From the NCBI GenBank assembly GCA_010405405.1, contig MU004232.1:2375481-2439480 (forward strand): a stretch of 64,000 bases of DNA. The letters are read 5' to 3'. This DNA is from Microthyrium microscopicum (Eukaryota). Below, in pieces: positions 1 to 11,315 of the stretch; within the stretch, counting starts at the first letter, position 1; the number at the start of each line of letters is the position of its first letter. Below the pieces are notes generated by a model. It saw nothing but the letters and a program-made list of their open reading frames with translations, did not search any database and was not told where the DNA came from. Both the position numbers and the translations under genes were made by a program.

Positions 1-233
1 GCTTTGGATCGGTTTTTGCATTCGATAGACTGTTGCGTTATGGTTAGACTTTGTACAGCGCTACTGGGCGCTGGGTTACGTACCTTGGGGTCCATGCCTT
101 GGGTGCACATGAAGCCTTCTGCTTGACAGGCAGCGGCGCATGTCATGACAATTGGGTCCATGTTCATTTGTGGTGCTGGGGAAGCTGCGACGAGCGCGGC
201 GAAGGCGATGGTGAGGACGGCGAAGTATTGCAT
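1..233 (-). CDS. Small secreted cysteine-rich protein (5' part; runs off the window start)
   Basis: Not in the ORF track. ATG at 233-231 reads MQYFAVLTIAFAALVAASPAPQMNMDPIVMTCAAACQAEGFMCTQGMDPK. A 54-nt intron follows (83..30, GTACGT...CTAAC...CAG), then SIECKNRSK. Classic signal peptide, with at least 4 Cys in the first 60 aa. Confidence 0.8.
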   Translation of the reverse strand, partial: MQYFAVLTIAFAALVAASPAPQMNMDPIVMTCAAACQAEGFMCTQGMDPKVRNPAPSSAVQSLTITQQSIECKNRSK

Positions 234-1900
234 TTTGATGATGATTGGAAAATGGATTGTGGTGGTAGGAATTATGTTGAGTTTGGTATTGTTTGTGTTT
301 TGGGTATGATGTGAGTGGGTGTATGAGATATATGGTAATATGCAGTACGACAGCGACAGCTTATATACACTTCTGAAGATAGCGAGCTCAGTACCACGAT
401 CTGTTTGTCAGGGGATTACATCGATTCCTTGATACATCCCTTGACATCCCTTAGGTCCTGCTCGCCACCCTGAGGTAGTGGTTGAGTGTAGATTGATTGC
501 ATCTGTGATGAAAATAGCAGGGACAAGGATGGCTCGGTGACTTCAAGGGCTTGTGGCCACACAGCGAGGTAGTACTGGATTGTCTGCTTTTTTCTCTTCA
601 CTGAGATGGAAGGTTGTGAAAATTTGCAAGTGTGATGGAAGTCTCTGTTGACGGTGAGTAGAGAAGCGTAGGGAAGAAAGGGTATTGACATCTAAAGTTA
701 CTAGACTCAGTTCTTGAAGATGAGTTCAGCCTAATGAAAGTTGCAATAGGTCAACTCTAGGTCAATGTATTCTTATCGAATGTTGGTAAATTAGTCCTAT
801 TTTGAGGTCAAATTTGCCCTGGAGATATAGATTGGAGCTTGATATTGGATGTAATTATAGGCGACATGCTTCAGCCCCGGTTTAGCAACCTCAGAATTAG
901 GAACAAGGGAGTTCAAGAAAGCTCTGTTATGGATTCAAGCACAATTGGAGAGCGTTATCGTAATGGGACTCAACCTGGATTCCTGGGGATCTTCCGTCAA
1001 GCTAAATTTTCTCCTTTCACTATTTATATCCATATCTCTCGCCGCCCTTGAGAAGGACGGTTCCATACGGAAGCTCTCAGAGAATGTCCCCGTCGGGCTC
1101 AAAATAACCAAAAAGTCAATTCGTGTCATTACAGACTTTGCTCAGCCGTTGCAGCTCCATTAGGAAAGCAACAGGACTGCTGCTGTTCGATAGCTGTCAT
1201 ATTCAGGTAATTTTGCTTGGTACTGGGCTTATCTTCCTTCAGATGTACCTGTAAATAGCGGGCATCTTTACAGGAAATTGGTATCAGATATTCGAACACA
1301 GTCACAATGGCAAGTTCGCCAAATTCGACAAGCCCATTTTTGTCCAATTCTACTCTACCGCCTTTCACTGACGAGTCTTTGTATGTTAGCTTTCGAAATA
1401 CGCTCTTTTTTGGGTTCAGTGTCTTTCTGAAGGCTTTTGATACAGGCCAATCGGGCTACATGTCGGCTTAAAGTAACATGTACTGGTGTACGATGTGGGG
1501 TGGTGAAAGAGCAGAAATGCAAACAGAATGCTGCTGCCAACGCGCCGCTAAGGCGAGATAACTAAAAGGGCGACAACGGTATTGAGACGGCCAATAACAA
1601 ATGGCAGATCCTTCCGTCTTAGGACTGCATATGTACTCGAAATGCGGGTGTATCAATCGGACGTTGAGATGTCCTTTTTGCTCAGCCTGATGTTTGAGCT
1701 GCGTGAAAGCTCGCCCACTCCTGACTTTTCCACGACGGTTGTGATTCTGGTGCTGCTGGAGAGTGCTCCTTGGCTGCCAGATGTTTGTCAGGATTCCTTT
1801 TCTGACACAACTTACTCTCAAGCCCTATTATTTATCTTTTAAAACTGTTACAACTCTCTACAGCCTACAATCAGAACAATATTGCTTCACTCATTACAGG

Positions 1901-2973
1901 ATGCCAGGAGCCTCAAGAGGGCGATTACTACGCATCTTCTGCCAATTGCTCATCTTACCTCTTCTACTCGGAACATGTACTGCCGATGGCATCGCCGTCG
2001 ACTGGCATTATTATCCTTCAGCCTCTCAACCATGCCTAGAATCTGCTGTGCAAGTTGCCAATTGTGACGAAAGCGTCGTTCAAAGTCTCAATGCTTGTAT
2101 ATGTGCTAATGGAGGAAACTTTCTTGCCAACGCCTACAAGTGCATATATTCAAACGATCCTGGCGATATCCAAACTGTATACAACACTATGGTTAGCAAT
2201 TGTGCATATTCAAATACTCCCCTTCCATATACATTGAATCAGATTTTGGCTTTAGCTGGTTCTAATCTGGTTACGACGTCTGCACTGACGTTAACCATAC
2301 AAGCTGTAACTACCATAATGCTGTCTGGATCAGCGCAGACAACGATACTAGCCTCGTCAGCTCTACCACCTGAGGTCACGACCCTCACTTTGCACCTAGT
2401 AAACAGTGCGGGAACCTCTCTGAGTACAGCGACTTTCACACTTGCTTCGTTGGTCAATACTGCTTCTGCCTCAAACCCCACAACCTCAAGCTCAGCCACA
2501 TCAGCTTCGAAGCGTCAAATTCGAGTTCTTCAGCTTCTGCCTCTGCCAGCAGCGGTGACGGAAATCACGGTCTCTCAACTGGAGCTGTCGTCGGAATTGG
2601 TGTAGGCGTAGGACTCCCAATTGCCGCAGGTCTATTCGCCTTGTTCGGCGCCATGATATGGCGAGGAAGGAAAGAGGACAAGAGAGCATCAATGAACAGA
2701 ACATCAGGCGGATTATCGGCTATGGAGCACCAACAAAGATTACCTTCACAAGTGCACTACAAGCATGCAAGTGACCAGTTTACGAGTACACCGCACAACG
2801 CAGGGCAGAACATGCCTTATGGCTACTCAATGGAAGGAGGATATGGCGTGCCTTCGTCAGCTCATGGCACGGCTGAGGCTCCAGGAACGGAAGCACGTTC
2901 TCCGCAAGAGCTACCTGCGCAGCTCTATTCGGAAGAGCAAGGTGGAGGGGAGATACAGACCCATTTAGAATGA
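1901..2973 (+). CDS. CFEM-like Cys domain / Ser-Thr-rich / single-TM cell-surface protein, with an apparent frameshift at ~2510
   Basis: Signal peptide (LLILPLLLGTCTA), then a 6-Cys CFEM-like segment (PCLESA..NCD..NACICANGGNF..KC..SNC) and an S/T-rich stalk. The TM segment GLSTGAVVGIGVGVGLPIAAGLFALFGAMIW-RGRK and the tail lie in a different frame, which begins at ~2512. Confidence 0.7.
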
Positions 2974-3033
2974 TTTAGCATGAGAATTTCTATACTGAGT
3001 TCATGAAGGGCATCAAAGACTGCCTGGCATCTG

Positions 3034-4068
3034 TTATATAGTCTGGTCCAGTGTCTCTGAGTTGGTGGGATTGAGCCGAGATTTCGAATAGCACAAGTTG
3101 AACAGCTCTGTGAAACCATCAGATTTGAGAATTTGTAGCAAGGTCTTGTCTCCATAGACGACATCGACATTGGCTCCAAACTCTAGCAACACTCGAGCAC
3201 CTTCAATATTGGCCGGGCTGTTACCCCTGCGTAAAGGTGGCTTGGTCGCAGCAATGATAAGTCCAGTCACATCTTCGCTTGTTGAAGCATTTACGTCCGC
3301 GCCATTCTGAAGTAGTATTCGTAAGCCATCTACACTTTCCTTGTATCTTGATGCCACGTGAAGTGGGCGTATCATCTGAGACTGCGAGTCAACAAATCCA
3401 TTTGGATTTGCACCAGCGTTGAGTAAAAGCTGGATAGACTCGACCTGATGTGCCCGATCTTCAGGCTCATAAGTAACTTCCTCTCCATACCAAAGGACCA
3501 GCTTCTTCTCTAGCACTCGCAAGAGTGCCCAGCCCAGATGTTTCTGGTCATAGCTTCTTGCTTGAAGCAGTACCTTGATAATGTCGTCTTTCCAACGACT
3601 AGCTGCGCGATGTAAAGCCTGGTCCATCTGTGACTCGCCCCAACTATTGGACCAAGAGAGCAGATCCTGGACCATCTCGCCATTGGAATAGCTACATGCG
3701 ACACCAAAGACGGTCATTTTATAGGACTCCGGTGATGATAAAACTTGGCCTGGATTGCGATCCCATAGAACTTTCATCATCCTTCGTCGACCCATTATTG
3801 CTGTGAGCATCAGAGCAGTGAAGCCACCTTGGCCGTCTGGCCCTGGAGCGTGTGATTCGGTGTCCGCGCCCTTCGACAATAGGTACTCGAAGGCTTTAAA
3901 CTTGTTTTTGCGAATGGCTGCATGGAGTGGTGTGCCCAATTCGTGATCATACTCTTCTAGATCACGTTGCTCCTCGTCAAGCAAAGCTATAAGTCGAGAA
4001 ACGTCATTGACGTAGGCAGATTATACCACAGGGAAATGTTTTTGAAGATCTGCAATTCTGTATGACAT
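3034..4068 (-). pseudogene. Ankyrin-repeat protein with an in-frame TAA at codon 16 (pseudogene, or uses a downstream start)
   Basis: Ankyrin motifs GTPLHAAIRKN, FTALMLTAIMG, RPLHVASR, LLQNGADVNA and LLEFGANVD. An in-frame ATG at 4068 gives MSYRIADLQKHFPVV*SAYVNDVSRLIALLDE, with TAA at 4023-4021. Confidence 0.65.
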
Positions 4069-4872
4069 GACTATTGAGGTTGATAGCTTGTGTCGAAGTG
4101 ATGAGTTAGATTTCGGAAATGCGTGGAATGCGACCGAGTGGGTAGATCAGAGTCCAGAACGAGAAGAGTTTGTTCATAGAATGACTATTGGTATATGAAA
4201 ACTTACTTTGACTCCGAGGATGTCCTTTGCAGTGGTTTGCACATAGTCTCAGGAAAGCTCGAAAGCCTGAGTAATATAATGAGAAGTTTAAGTGAGCATA
4301 GTTGTTCTGTATGTATCATGTGATATCATTGCCTAGAAGGATTCACATGATGAAAATGCCCCTCTAGTATTACAAGGAATCAATAGGATCAGTAGAATTC
4401 GTAGAACCATAGACAGCTTCAACGTGCCCTATGATAACAGCGTTCTGTTCGGTTGCCTTTTCCTTCTTTCTCTTCTTCCAAGCCTTGAGCAAGGTGACCT
4501 ACTCAGGCAATGCGCGAGTGGATATTCCCAGGGAAGATTCTGCGCATTCCTAGGAACATCGATCTTCCTCAACTGGCAAAGAGGTCATTGGCTACCCCGG
4601 CCAAAAAGACTTTTCCTGGTGAACAGATCGAGCGATAGATAGTCAAGGTCCATAGCCCATTAAGAGTGCAGATGCTATCTGTTGGTATCGTCAAGTCCTT
4701 GACTGAAATTACCATGCCGACCGTGTAGGTGAAGTATGAAACCAATGCTGGTAGTCACGAAATGGAAGCCATTGTCCCGTTCAAGGGCTTCCCGTTCCTA
4801 CATACACTTTAATAGCTCCAGGACCTGGCGGGTGTGGATCTGGTTTCCGTATTATTCGCGGTAATTCACCTA

Positions 4873-5184
4873 TTACCCAGTCAGACTCAAAGAAGATCCT
4901 TGATTATCCTTTGATGGCTTCGTCATACCACAAACAGCATCCAACCGATCTCCAACAACCTTCTGCCTAAGCTCAGATGTCCGATATATCAAGTCCATCT
5001 CGTACGTTCGATGAAGTTCGGCAACGTTACGACATAGGGAGTGTAGAGCGTCATGTACTCGTGGGTAATGGGAATTCGGATCGGTAAACACAGAGAGGGA
5101 GTCGGCGGCTATCCTGGGCGGTATAGGGAGCGCGGAAGCTAGCGGGATGATTAAAAATGCCCATCGTAGTAATGTGAGGGCCAT
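4873..5184 (-). CDS. Putative small secreted protein or gene relic
   Basis: ATG at 5184 gives MALTLLRWAFLIIPLASALPIPP, a signal-peptide-like start with an ALP cleavage motif. No family recognised. Confidence 0.3.
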   Translation of the reverse strand: MALTLLRWAFLIIPLASALPIPPRIAADSLSVFTDPNSHYPRVHDALHSLCRNVAELHRTYEMDLIYRTSELRQKVVGDRLDAVCGMTKPSKDNQGSSLSLTG

Positions 5185-6247
5185 TAGAGCTATTGCACAA
5201 AGTATGCAGTCGAATGGAGCATGTGGAGAGTTGAGCAGTGGTTGAAGGAGAGATTGAAGGGTACATGAAGCTTTGGTGTAGGTTAGGCAAAAGCCGAAGT
5301 CGCAAGATTTGGACGTGACGCCACGCGACTGCCATGTGCTAGCCAAGGGCCAACTTCAACTACTCCATACCAACCTCATCATTTCCATCCATACTTGATT
5401 TTTGCTCTGCTTATCTCCACCTTTTGCCTCGGAGATGGCATCTTCGCGTTCTGTAACTATGGACCTACCCACGGAACAGATGTCAACAAGCTTCGTCGGC
5501 GTTTAGCTACACCATCACGCGCAAGAGCATGGGTAGATTTCTGGAGTATGAGATGTGAAACAAGAAAATATGCTAACATCCGTTCTCTTATGTGCCGCTA
5601 TCCGCGATATCTTACTGTTCTCAGGTTCAATGAAGCTCGCTGTATTTCAAAGAACGAGAAAGCGGTCGAAAACTCGGCAACTTCGCGTCTTGGAGACGCC
5701 GAATGATCTAGGGTTTCTTCGAGTCTACAAGCCCAAACTGTTGACTCCACAGCCTGGCCACAGAATTTTGTTGCGGGATTACCCATCCGTGATTCCTGGT
5801 TCTTTGTATCCAAGACGATTTGAAGGCACAAAAAAGCCCATTAGTCGTTTTGGATGTATGATACGGACACAACCAATGACCACAAGCAATCAACTACACG
5901 ACTTCTTCCAACTCTCGCTCCTCTGATATGCATCATTGAAAATCCATCACATTGAGTTGTTGGATTCGCCATAGTGTTGAGTGTAGAGAGAGAGCTTGCC
6001 CCATTTACTGGAATACTAGGAACTCGTTGATGTGGGTTTTTATATTGAGGGTAAACCATGCTAGTTTTCATTTCCCTTGTTTATATTCACATTAGACATT
6101 CGCCTCCACAGGTACCATAAAGGCTCGCGTGCCCAAAATATCTACTCAAGACGCACGTTATATTTCCCGAACTATATCGCGCTCCATTACGAAAAGCTCT
6201 TTGTATCTTTCACTCTTATACTTAATTAGCATGTCAACGGTATCATA

Positions 6248-8176
6248 ATGCGGACTTGCATCATTTCTTTCTTAATTCTTCCCATTGGGAGCACCATTGC
6301 ACAGCTCTTCCAACAAGAGAACACAGTCGATGCTGCTTTGAATGCACATTCGGCAAGAGGGATACCTGCTCATGGCAAAAAGGGTGTCTTTCTTATGAAT
6401 CGAATCGCTCCATCAACATCAGATCTTTATGTGGCAAATGCAGATGGAAGCAACGAACGGAGACTGTTCAATCAATCAACATTCGATTTTCATGCATCTT
6501 TTTCTCCAGATGGAAAATGGATCACCTTCACAACTGAACGGAACGGAGACGGCAATGCGGATCTGTACCGCTGCCGTCCAGACGGCTCTGGAGTAGAGAA
6601 AGTGGTGGCGACTCCATCTGTGGAAGATGGTATTGCTCTCTCGCCAGATGGCACCAAGGCTACTTATATGTCTACTCAAGATGGCTTCAAGGCGAACGTC
6701 TGGGTTATGGATCTGAAAACAGGCGAACGTCGAAGCTTGACTAGCGCTAAAGGCATTGCTGGCAATGCTTCAATGCCGGATGGATATTTCCGACCAAGTT
6801 GGTCACCAGATGGCAAATGGATTGCACTTAGCTCGGATAGAAACACACCCTGGGCAGGCCACAGCAATGGAACGGGTTGGGAGCATGTCCAAGAGCTATC
6901 AGTCTATGTCATACGGCCTGATGGCACTGGATTTCGGAAGTTGGCTACCAAGCCAGGCTATTCCTTAGGGTCACCGCAATGGTCGCCAGACGGCAAGCGT
7001 GTCGCATACTACGAGATGACTACGGAAAGCACTTGGTCAGCACATTGGCCTGGTGGTCCGGCCAAAGTCACCTCTCAAATTATCTCCCTGGATTTCGCCA
7101 CGGGAAAGGATCGTGTTGAGCATACCTCTGGATCAGGGATGAAGATCGCTCCTCAGTGGATCTCACAACAGGACATTGCTTATCTGATCAAAGGCGGGCC
7201 GAACGAAGGGCTCAACTATACTGCCTCTGCTCCAGGCCGGACAGCATTCAAGCGTGCAATTCGATCACCATCATGGTCTTCAGATGGCAAGTTGGTGGTA
7301 TATGAGAAGGTCGGATTTAGCGCTCGTGCCATGGAAAAGCCACTCTGGAGTTGGGATGATGAATGGGACTATCGCTTCACCGATGTCTTCCCAGCGCTCT
7401 CGCGGGACGGGCAATTCGTTATGACACAAAAACAAATTGGCAATCCAGGAAATTCGTCAGTGGTAACACTGAACCCCGATGGGTCGAATAGCAAAGTTAT
7501 ATTCAACCCTAGAGCGGTGCTAGATGGACCAGGTGTACAAAGAGGCACTTCGGGGGCTTTTCAACCCGCATGGTCTCCCGATGGAAAGAAAATTGCTTGG
7601 GGTGTAGGTGCCTGGTTCCAAGCGCGAGAAAACAAGACGGCAAAGATCATGATGGCCAATTCGGATGGTACAAATGTCCAGTCACTCACTAATGGAAGCT
7701 CCAATGCCGGCTTTCCAAGTTTCTCTCCTGACGGTCGCTATCTCGTGTATCGAGTATGGGGTTCTGAACTGGGTCTTCGTGTCATGGACCTCAAGGATAA
7801 CACCGTCAAAGCCCTGAGCCACAAACCTGATAATCTGCCTGGATGGTCCCCAGATGGTGAATTGATATTGTTCACCTGCAGAACCAGTGTATACAACTTC
7901 GACATCTGCACCATGAGACCCGATGGATCGCAACGCAAGGCGCTCACCTCAAGTGGAGCGAACGATGCTCATGCTGTGTGGACACCAGATGGAGAGATAT
8001 TGTATTCAAGTGGCATGTACGGTTTCCGTGACGAAGCTTCAGGATATGACCAGACGTTCCAGCCATATGGACAGATCATGATTATGGAGTCTGATGGTTC
8101 AAATAAACGTATGCTCACCGATAGCATGTGGGAGGATTCGATGCCGCTCTATATACCCAACAAGTTCCTGGACTGA
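6248..8176 (+). CDS. Secreted TolB/PD40 beta-propeller protein, fungal saponin-hydrolase-like
   Basis: Intronless 642-aa ORF with a signal peptide and many W/F-SPDG repeats (FSPDGKW, LSPDGTK, WSPDGKW, WSPDGKR, WSPDGKK, FSPDGRY, WSPDGE, WTPDG). The N-terminal KGVFLMNRIAPS..LYVANADGSNER and C-terminal LTDSMWEDSMP resemble fungal saponin hydrolase precursors (recalled, not searched). Confidence 0.8.
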   Translation: MRTCIISFLILPIGSTIAQLFQQENTVDAALNAHSARGIPAHGKKGVFLMNRIAPSTSDLYVANADGSNERRLFNQSTFDFHASFSPDGKWITFTTERNGDGNADLYRCRPDGSGVEKVVATPSVEDGIALSPDGTKATYMSTQDGFKANVWVMDLKTGERRSLTSAKGIAGNASMPDGYFRPSWSPDGKWIALSSDRNTPWAGHSNGTGWEHVQELSVYVIRPDGTGFRKLATKPGYSLGSPQWSPDGKRVAYYEMTTESTWSAHWPGGPAKVTSQIISLDFATGKDRVEHTSGSGMKIAPQWISQQDIAYLIKGGPNEGLNYTASAPGRTAFKRAIRSPSWSSDGKLVVYEKVGFSARAMEKPLWSWDDEWDYRFTDVFPALSRDGQFVMTQKQIGNPGNSSVVTLNPDGSNSKVIFNPRAVLDGPGVQRGTSGAFQPAWSPDGKKIAWGVGAWFQARENKTAKIMMANSDGTNVQSLTNGSSNAGFPSFSPDGRYLVYRVWGSELGLRVMDLKDNTVKALSHKPDNLPGWSPDGELILFTCRTSVYNFDICTMRPDGSQRKALTSSGANDAHAVWTPDGEILYSSGMYGFRDEASGYDQTFQPYGQIMIMESDGSNKRMLTDSMWEDSMPLYIPNKFLD

Positions 8177-8342
8177 AATTGATTAGCGTATCAGCTGCAA
8201 TGAAGGTAAATTTACTGAATATACCCGTTAAATTAATATGGTATTCATTTCTTGGGCAGGACTCAATGGCTGGCAGGGAAACGGCTACCTGCTGTATATG
8301 TATACAAACATCGCAATATTTCTTTCACTAACAAAGCAGGTT

Positions 8343-8605
8343 CGCCCCATGTAGTCCAGGTTGAGATCCAATTCTTGTGAGCTCCTTTGGCCGCATGGGG
8401 CAAAAATAACAAAAATAACGGAGTAGAAAAAACGTTACCTGGTTACCCACCACACTTAATTGTGGATGACTAACGCAGAAGATTGCTCCTTCCCCCGGAA
8501 AAAGCCGTAAGAGGCTTTTATTACACCCCTCGAGCTCCTTCCCAGTGAGCTCGGGGTGTATTTTTTGTTACCCAAAGGCATCGTGTTCGACTTTGGTATG
8601 GGGCG
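8343..8605. repeat. Cluster of nested and serial inverted repeats (possible MITE relic or structured RNA)
   Basis: Terminal CGCCCCAT (8343) pairs with ATGGGGCG (8598). Internal stems: GCCCCATG/CATGGGGC, CCACA/TGTGG, AAAAGCC/GGCTTTT, TACACCC..CGAGCTC/GAGCTCG-GGGTGTA and CCAAAG/CTTTGG. Confidence 0.5.
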
Positions 8606-8967
8606 CAATTATAGATAGACAAATACACACAATTAATCTTGTCATTTACAATAGCAATTGATTTCCTACATCAGCTTGACTTTCGGTTATAAACTCTAAA
8701 GAATAACGAGCTTCATTTTACAGATATAATGGAAAACAAGATTTGTGATTGAATAATAGGATTGAGGTGTCGTTTATGGCTCACATCGAGCGACCAACCG
8801 CTGCAGAGTGAAGTTAGAGGTACACAAACTCGGGCCGACCCGTCTAGACCCATCCCCACGGTACCATAACATTGTTCTGCTTTTTCCTCTGCACTTCCTC
8901 ACACATCCCCTGCACTTTTTCACACACCAAATCCAGAACAAGCCCAAAGTCCAGAAAGACCATCACA

Positions 8968-9387
8968 ATGCCCTCCCGTCCGAAAAGAACCGTCCTTGCC
9001 GACGCAACCGCCTCCGCCTCCCCACCTACAACTCTCGAACCCAACCATGTCCTCGCGCAAGTCGTCAAAGCCCAAGGAAACAGCCTCTTCACCGTTACAC
9101 TACCTGATGGCGAAATTCTCCTCGTCGAGCTGCCCTCCAAATTACGCAACACCTTCTGGATCAAGCGCCGCGGTTACGTCGTCATCGACACCCAAGAATT
9201 CGCCGAGCGCGATAACAAACTCGGTGGTCTAGTAGTCACCGTCGTAATGGACGAGAAACGTTGGCGCAGAATGGCATACTGGCCCAAGGAATTTGGCAAG
9301 ACAGTATACGAAGCGAGTGACAGCGATGAGGAAGAAGAGGAGAGCAATATGGGCAAGATGCCGCCATCATCAGATGACGAGGAGTGA
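8968..9387 (+). CDS. eIF1A-like S1/OB-fold RNA-binding protein (EIF1AD family)
   Basis: AQVVKAQGNSLFTV..LVELPSKLRNTFWIKRRGYVVID..YWPKEF, with an acidic tail ending MPPSSDDEE. ATG at 8968 in a CACA-ATG context. Confidence 0.85.
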   Translation: MPSRPKRTVLADATASASPPTTLEPNHVLAQVVKAQGNSLFTVTLPDGEILLVELPSKLRNTFWIKRRGYVVIDTQEFAERDNKLGGLVVTVVMDEKRWRRMAYWPKEFGKTVYEASDSDEEEEESNMGKMPPSSDDEE

Positions 9388-9448
9388 AGCATTTTTAAAC
9401 AGCAGATGTGGCTATATACACCGAGAAACGCCTAGCTATGAAAGGCAT

Positions 9449-10862
9449 TTAAATTTCCTTCTTTTTTTCGGCGTCACTTGCGTCACCGCTGGGCACGGGG
9501 TGGTCTTTACGCGTCCCCCACCAGACGCCGAATACTTGGACGGCTAGACAGCCTACTACGGCCATGGAGCTGGCATCTGTACTTGGATATACGTTCCATG
9601 CCCATTCTTGCAGCGCCCATACTCCATACACACCTACGGGTCCTACGCCGGCGCGCCAGAGAAGATAGGGAGTTGCCCACGCGATCCAGGAGTAGAATTG
9701 GTAGTGCAGACTGCGTGCGCAGAGCATACCTATGGCATTGGCGGTTAACAACGTGGTCATGATATAATCCGGGGTGATGCGCATTCCGATCCTATCGGCT
9801 GGTTCTGAGTCAGGGTCAGTAAGGAATAAGCGGATGGTAGCCTTGAGGGAGCGGCGAGATGGGGCTGTCCAACGAGTTGTCGCAAATACTAAAAGGATAG
9901 CGGCATGAAGTCCTAGCAGGGCGGTGGAGAATGGCGTGGAGAGGAAGATGGTCTCAGGGATGAAGCGCCAGTTTACCGTCCAGCGATAGAGGAATTGGCG
10001 GTTGAATTGGAAGGCATGAGAAAGATATGATTGCCAGTTGACCTTGACGAATTCGTAGGCGAATAAACCCTGCAGCGAAATTAGTGAATGCTTGATTTCT
10101 GGTACCAATGTGATATACCTGTGACTGTAGCATTATCAGACCTTGTGTGAACGATCTGTCTACACCGAGGCCCTGTAAGAAGATAAAGGCTAATCCAGGA
10201 ATGATCAATATGATATTCATCTTTACTCCAAGGCCGCAGGTGAAGCAAACAGATCCGAGATTCCAACTCTTCTTTTGATAGAAGTAAATGGCCGAAAACA
10301 TGAAAAGTACGGTAAAGCAGTCGTTAAACATCCGGAGCATAAAAATGCTATGCAGCCGCTTTGACATAACCAACAGCGGGAAGATATATGGCGGAGCCTT
10401 CGATTCCATTAGCAATGGTGACCTCGAAGAGTTGTTGTCAGACTCACCTTTGCGTTCCGATAACAGGACATTACAACACTCAGAGTAGTCAAATACAATC
10501 CCGCGAAAATGATCTGGCCAAGTAGGATATTCTCGCCTTCACCTGTGATGGCATACAAAGCTCGATAGATGTAGACATGAAGCCCAGGATACACCAACGG
10601 TCCAGTCGAGCCGGTGAGGTAGGCATAGTCTTGTTCTCCCTTTACGTATAGCTTAATATGCTGCATATAAGTTGTCCAGTCGATTTCTGTGTCTACGTTG
10701 ATATCTTAGCACGATAGTTTGTTGGCGCTTCGTCGACTTACAAGGGATTTTCCAGATAATTGCAGCGCATAGAAGAGCATCTAGCGCAAGTAATGTTCGA
10801 CCTATCCATCGGGACTGTTTTGGATCCTGAGCGATGCTCAAGACCTGATTTATTTGTTCCAT
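9449..10862 (-). CDS. ALG3: Dol-P-Man:Man5GlcNAc2-PP-Dol alpha-1,3-mannosyltransferase (GT58), 3 introns
   Basis: Spliced exons give [70 protein letters not shown] and a C-terminal KKxx-type tail (EKKKEI). Confidence 0.95.
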
Positions 10863-11315
10863 GATGGGATTTGCTGTATTTGCGATAGAAGTTGTGGTAA
10901 GGGAGAAATGACATCTGGCGTTTCGGGTCGCGCTGGTTTGAGATGTTGGCGCCCCTGAACTTTGAAGTCGTATCAGGCCACTCAACACCAGTGGAACAAG
11001 CGATAATGTGAAACTCCAGAAATCATCTGCAGTTTAAATCTTCTGGAAATTCTAGCTAACAAAAGAAATACATTACATGACGAAGAAGAAAAGCGTACGT
11101 ATCACTGCTGAGAGCGATGTTATTAGTTCATCTTTTTTTTGTATTCAGCAGCACTGGCTTCTTTATTTCAAACATGGGCAATGATCAAGTGTATATACTT
11201 CTTCAAGCTCACTTCTAATTCACAGATTCCTAGCTTGATGGACATCTTGCCACCGCTTAAAAACAGCTCTATGATTACACTGGCGGCACATAGGATGCTC
11301 CCTTCCTTCACCATT

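Noticed and set aside
51..314. 87-aa plus-strand ORF
   Set aside because: Antisense shadow of the minus-strand secreted-protein gene, which has the signal peptide and intron.
839..1540. Several short ORFs that might be a gene relic
   Set aside because: No recognisable motif or consistent exon structure.
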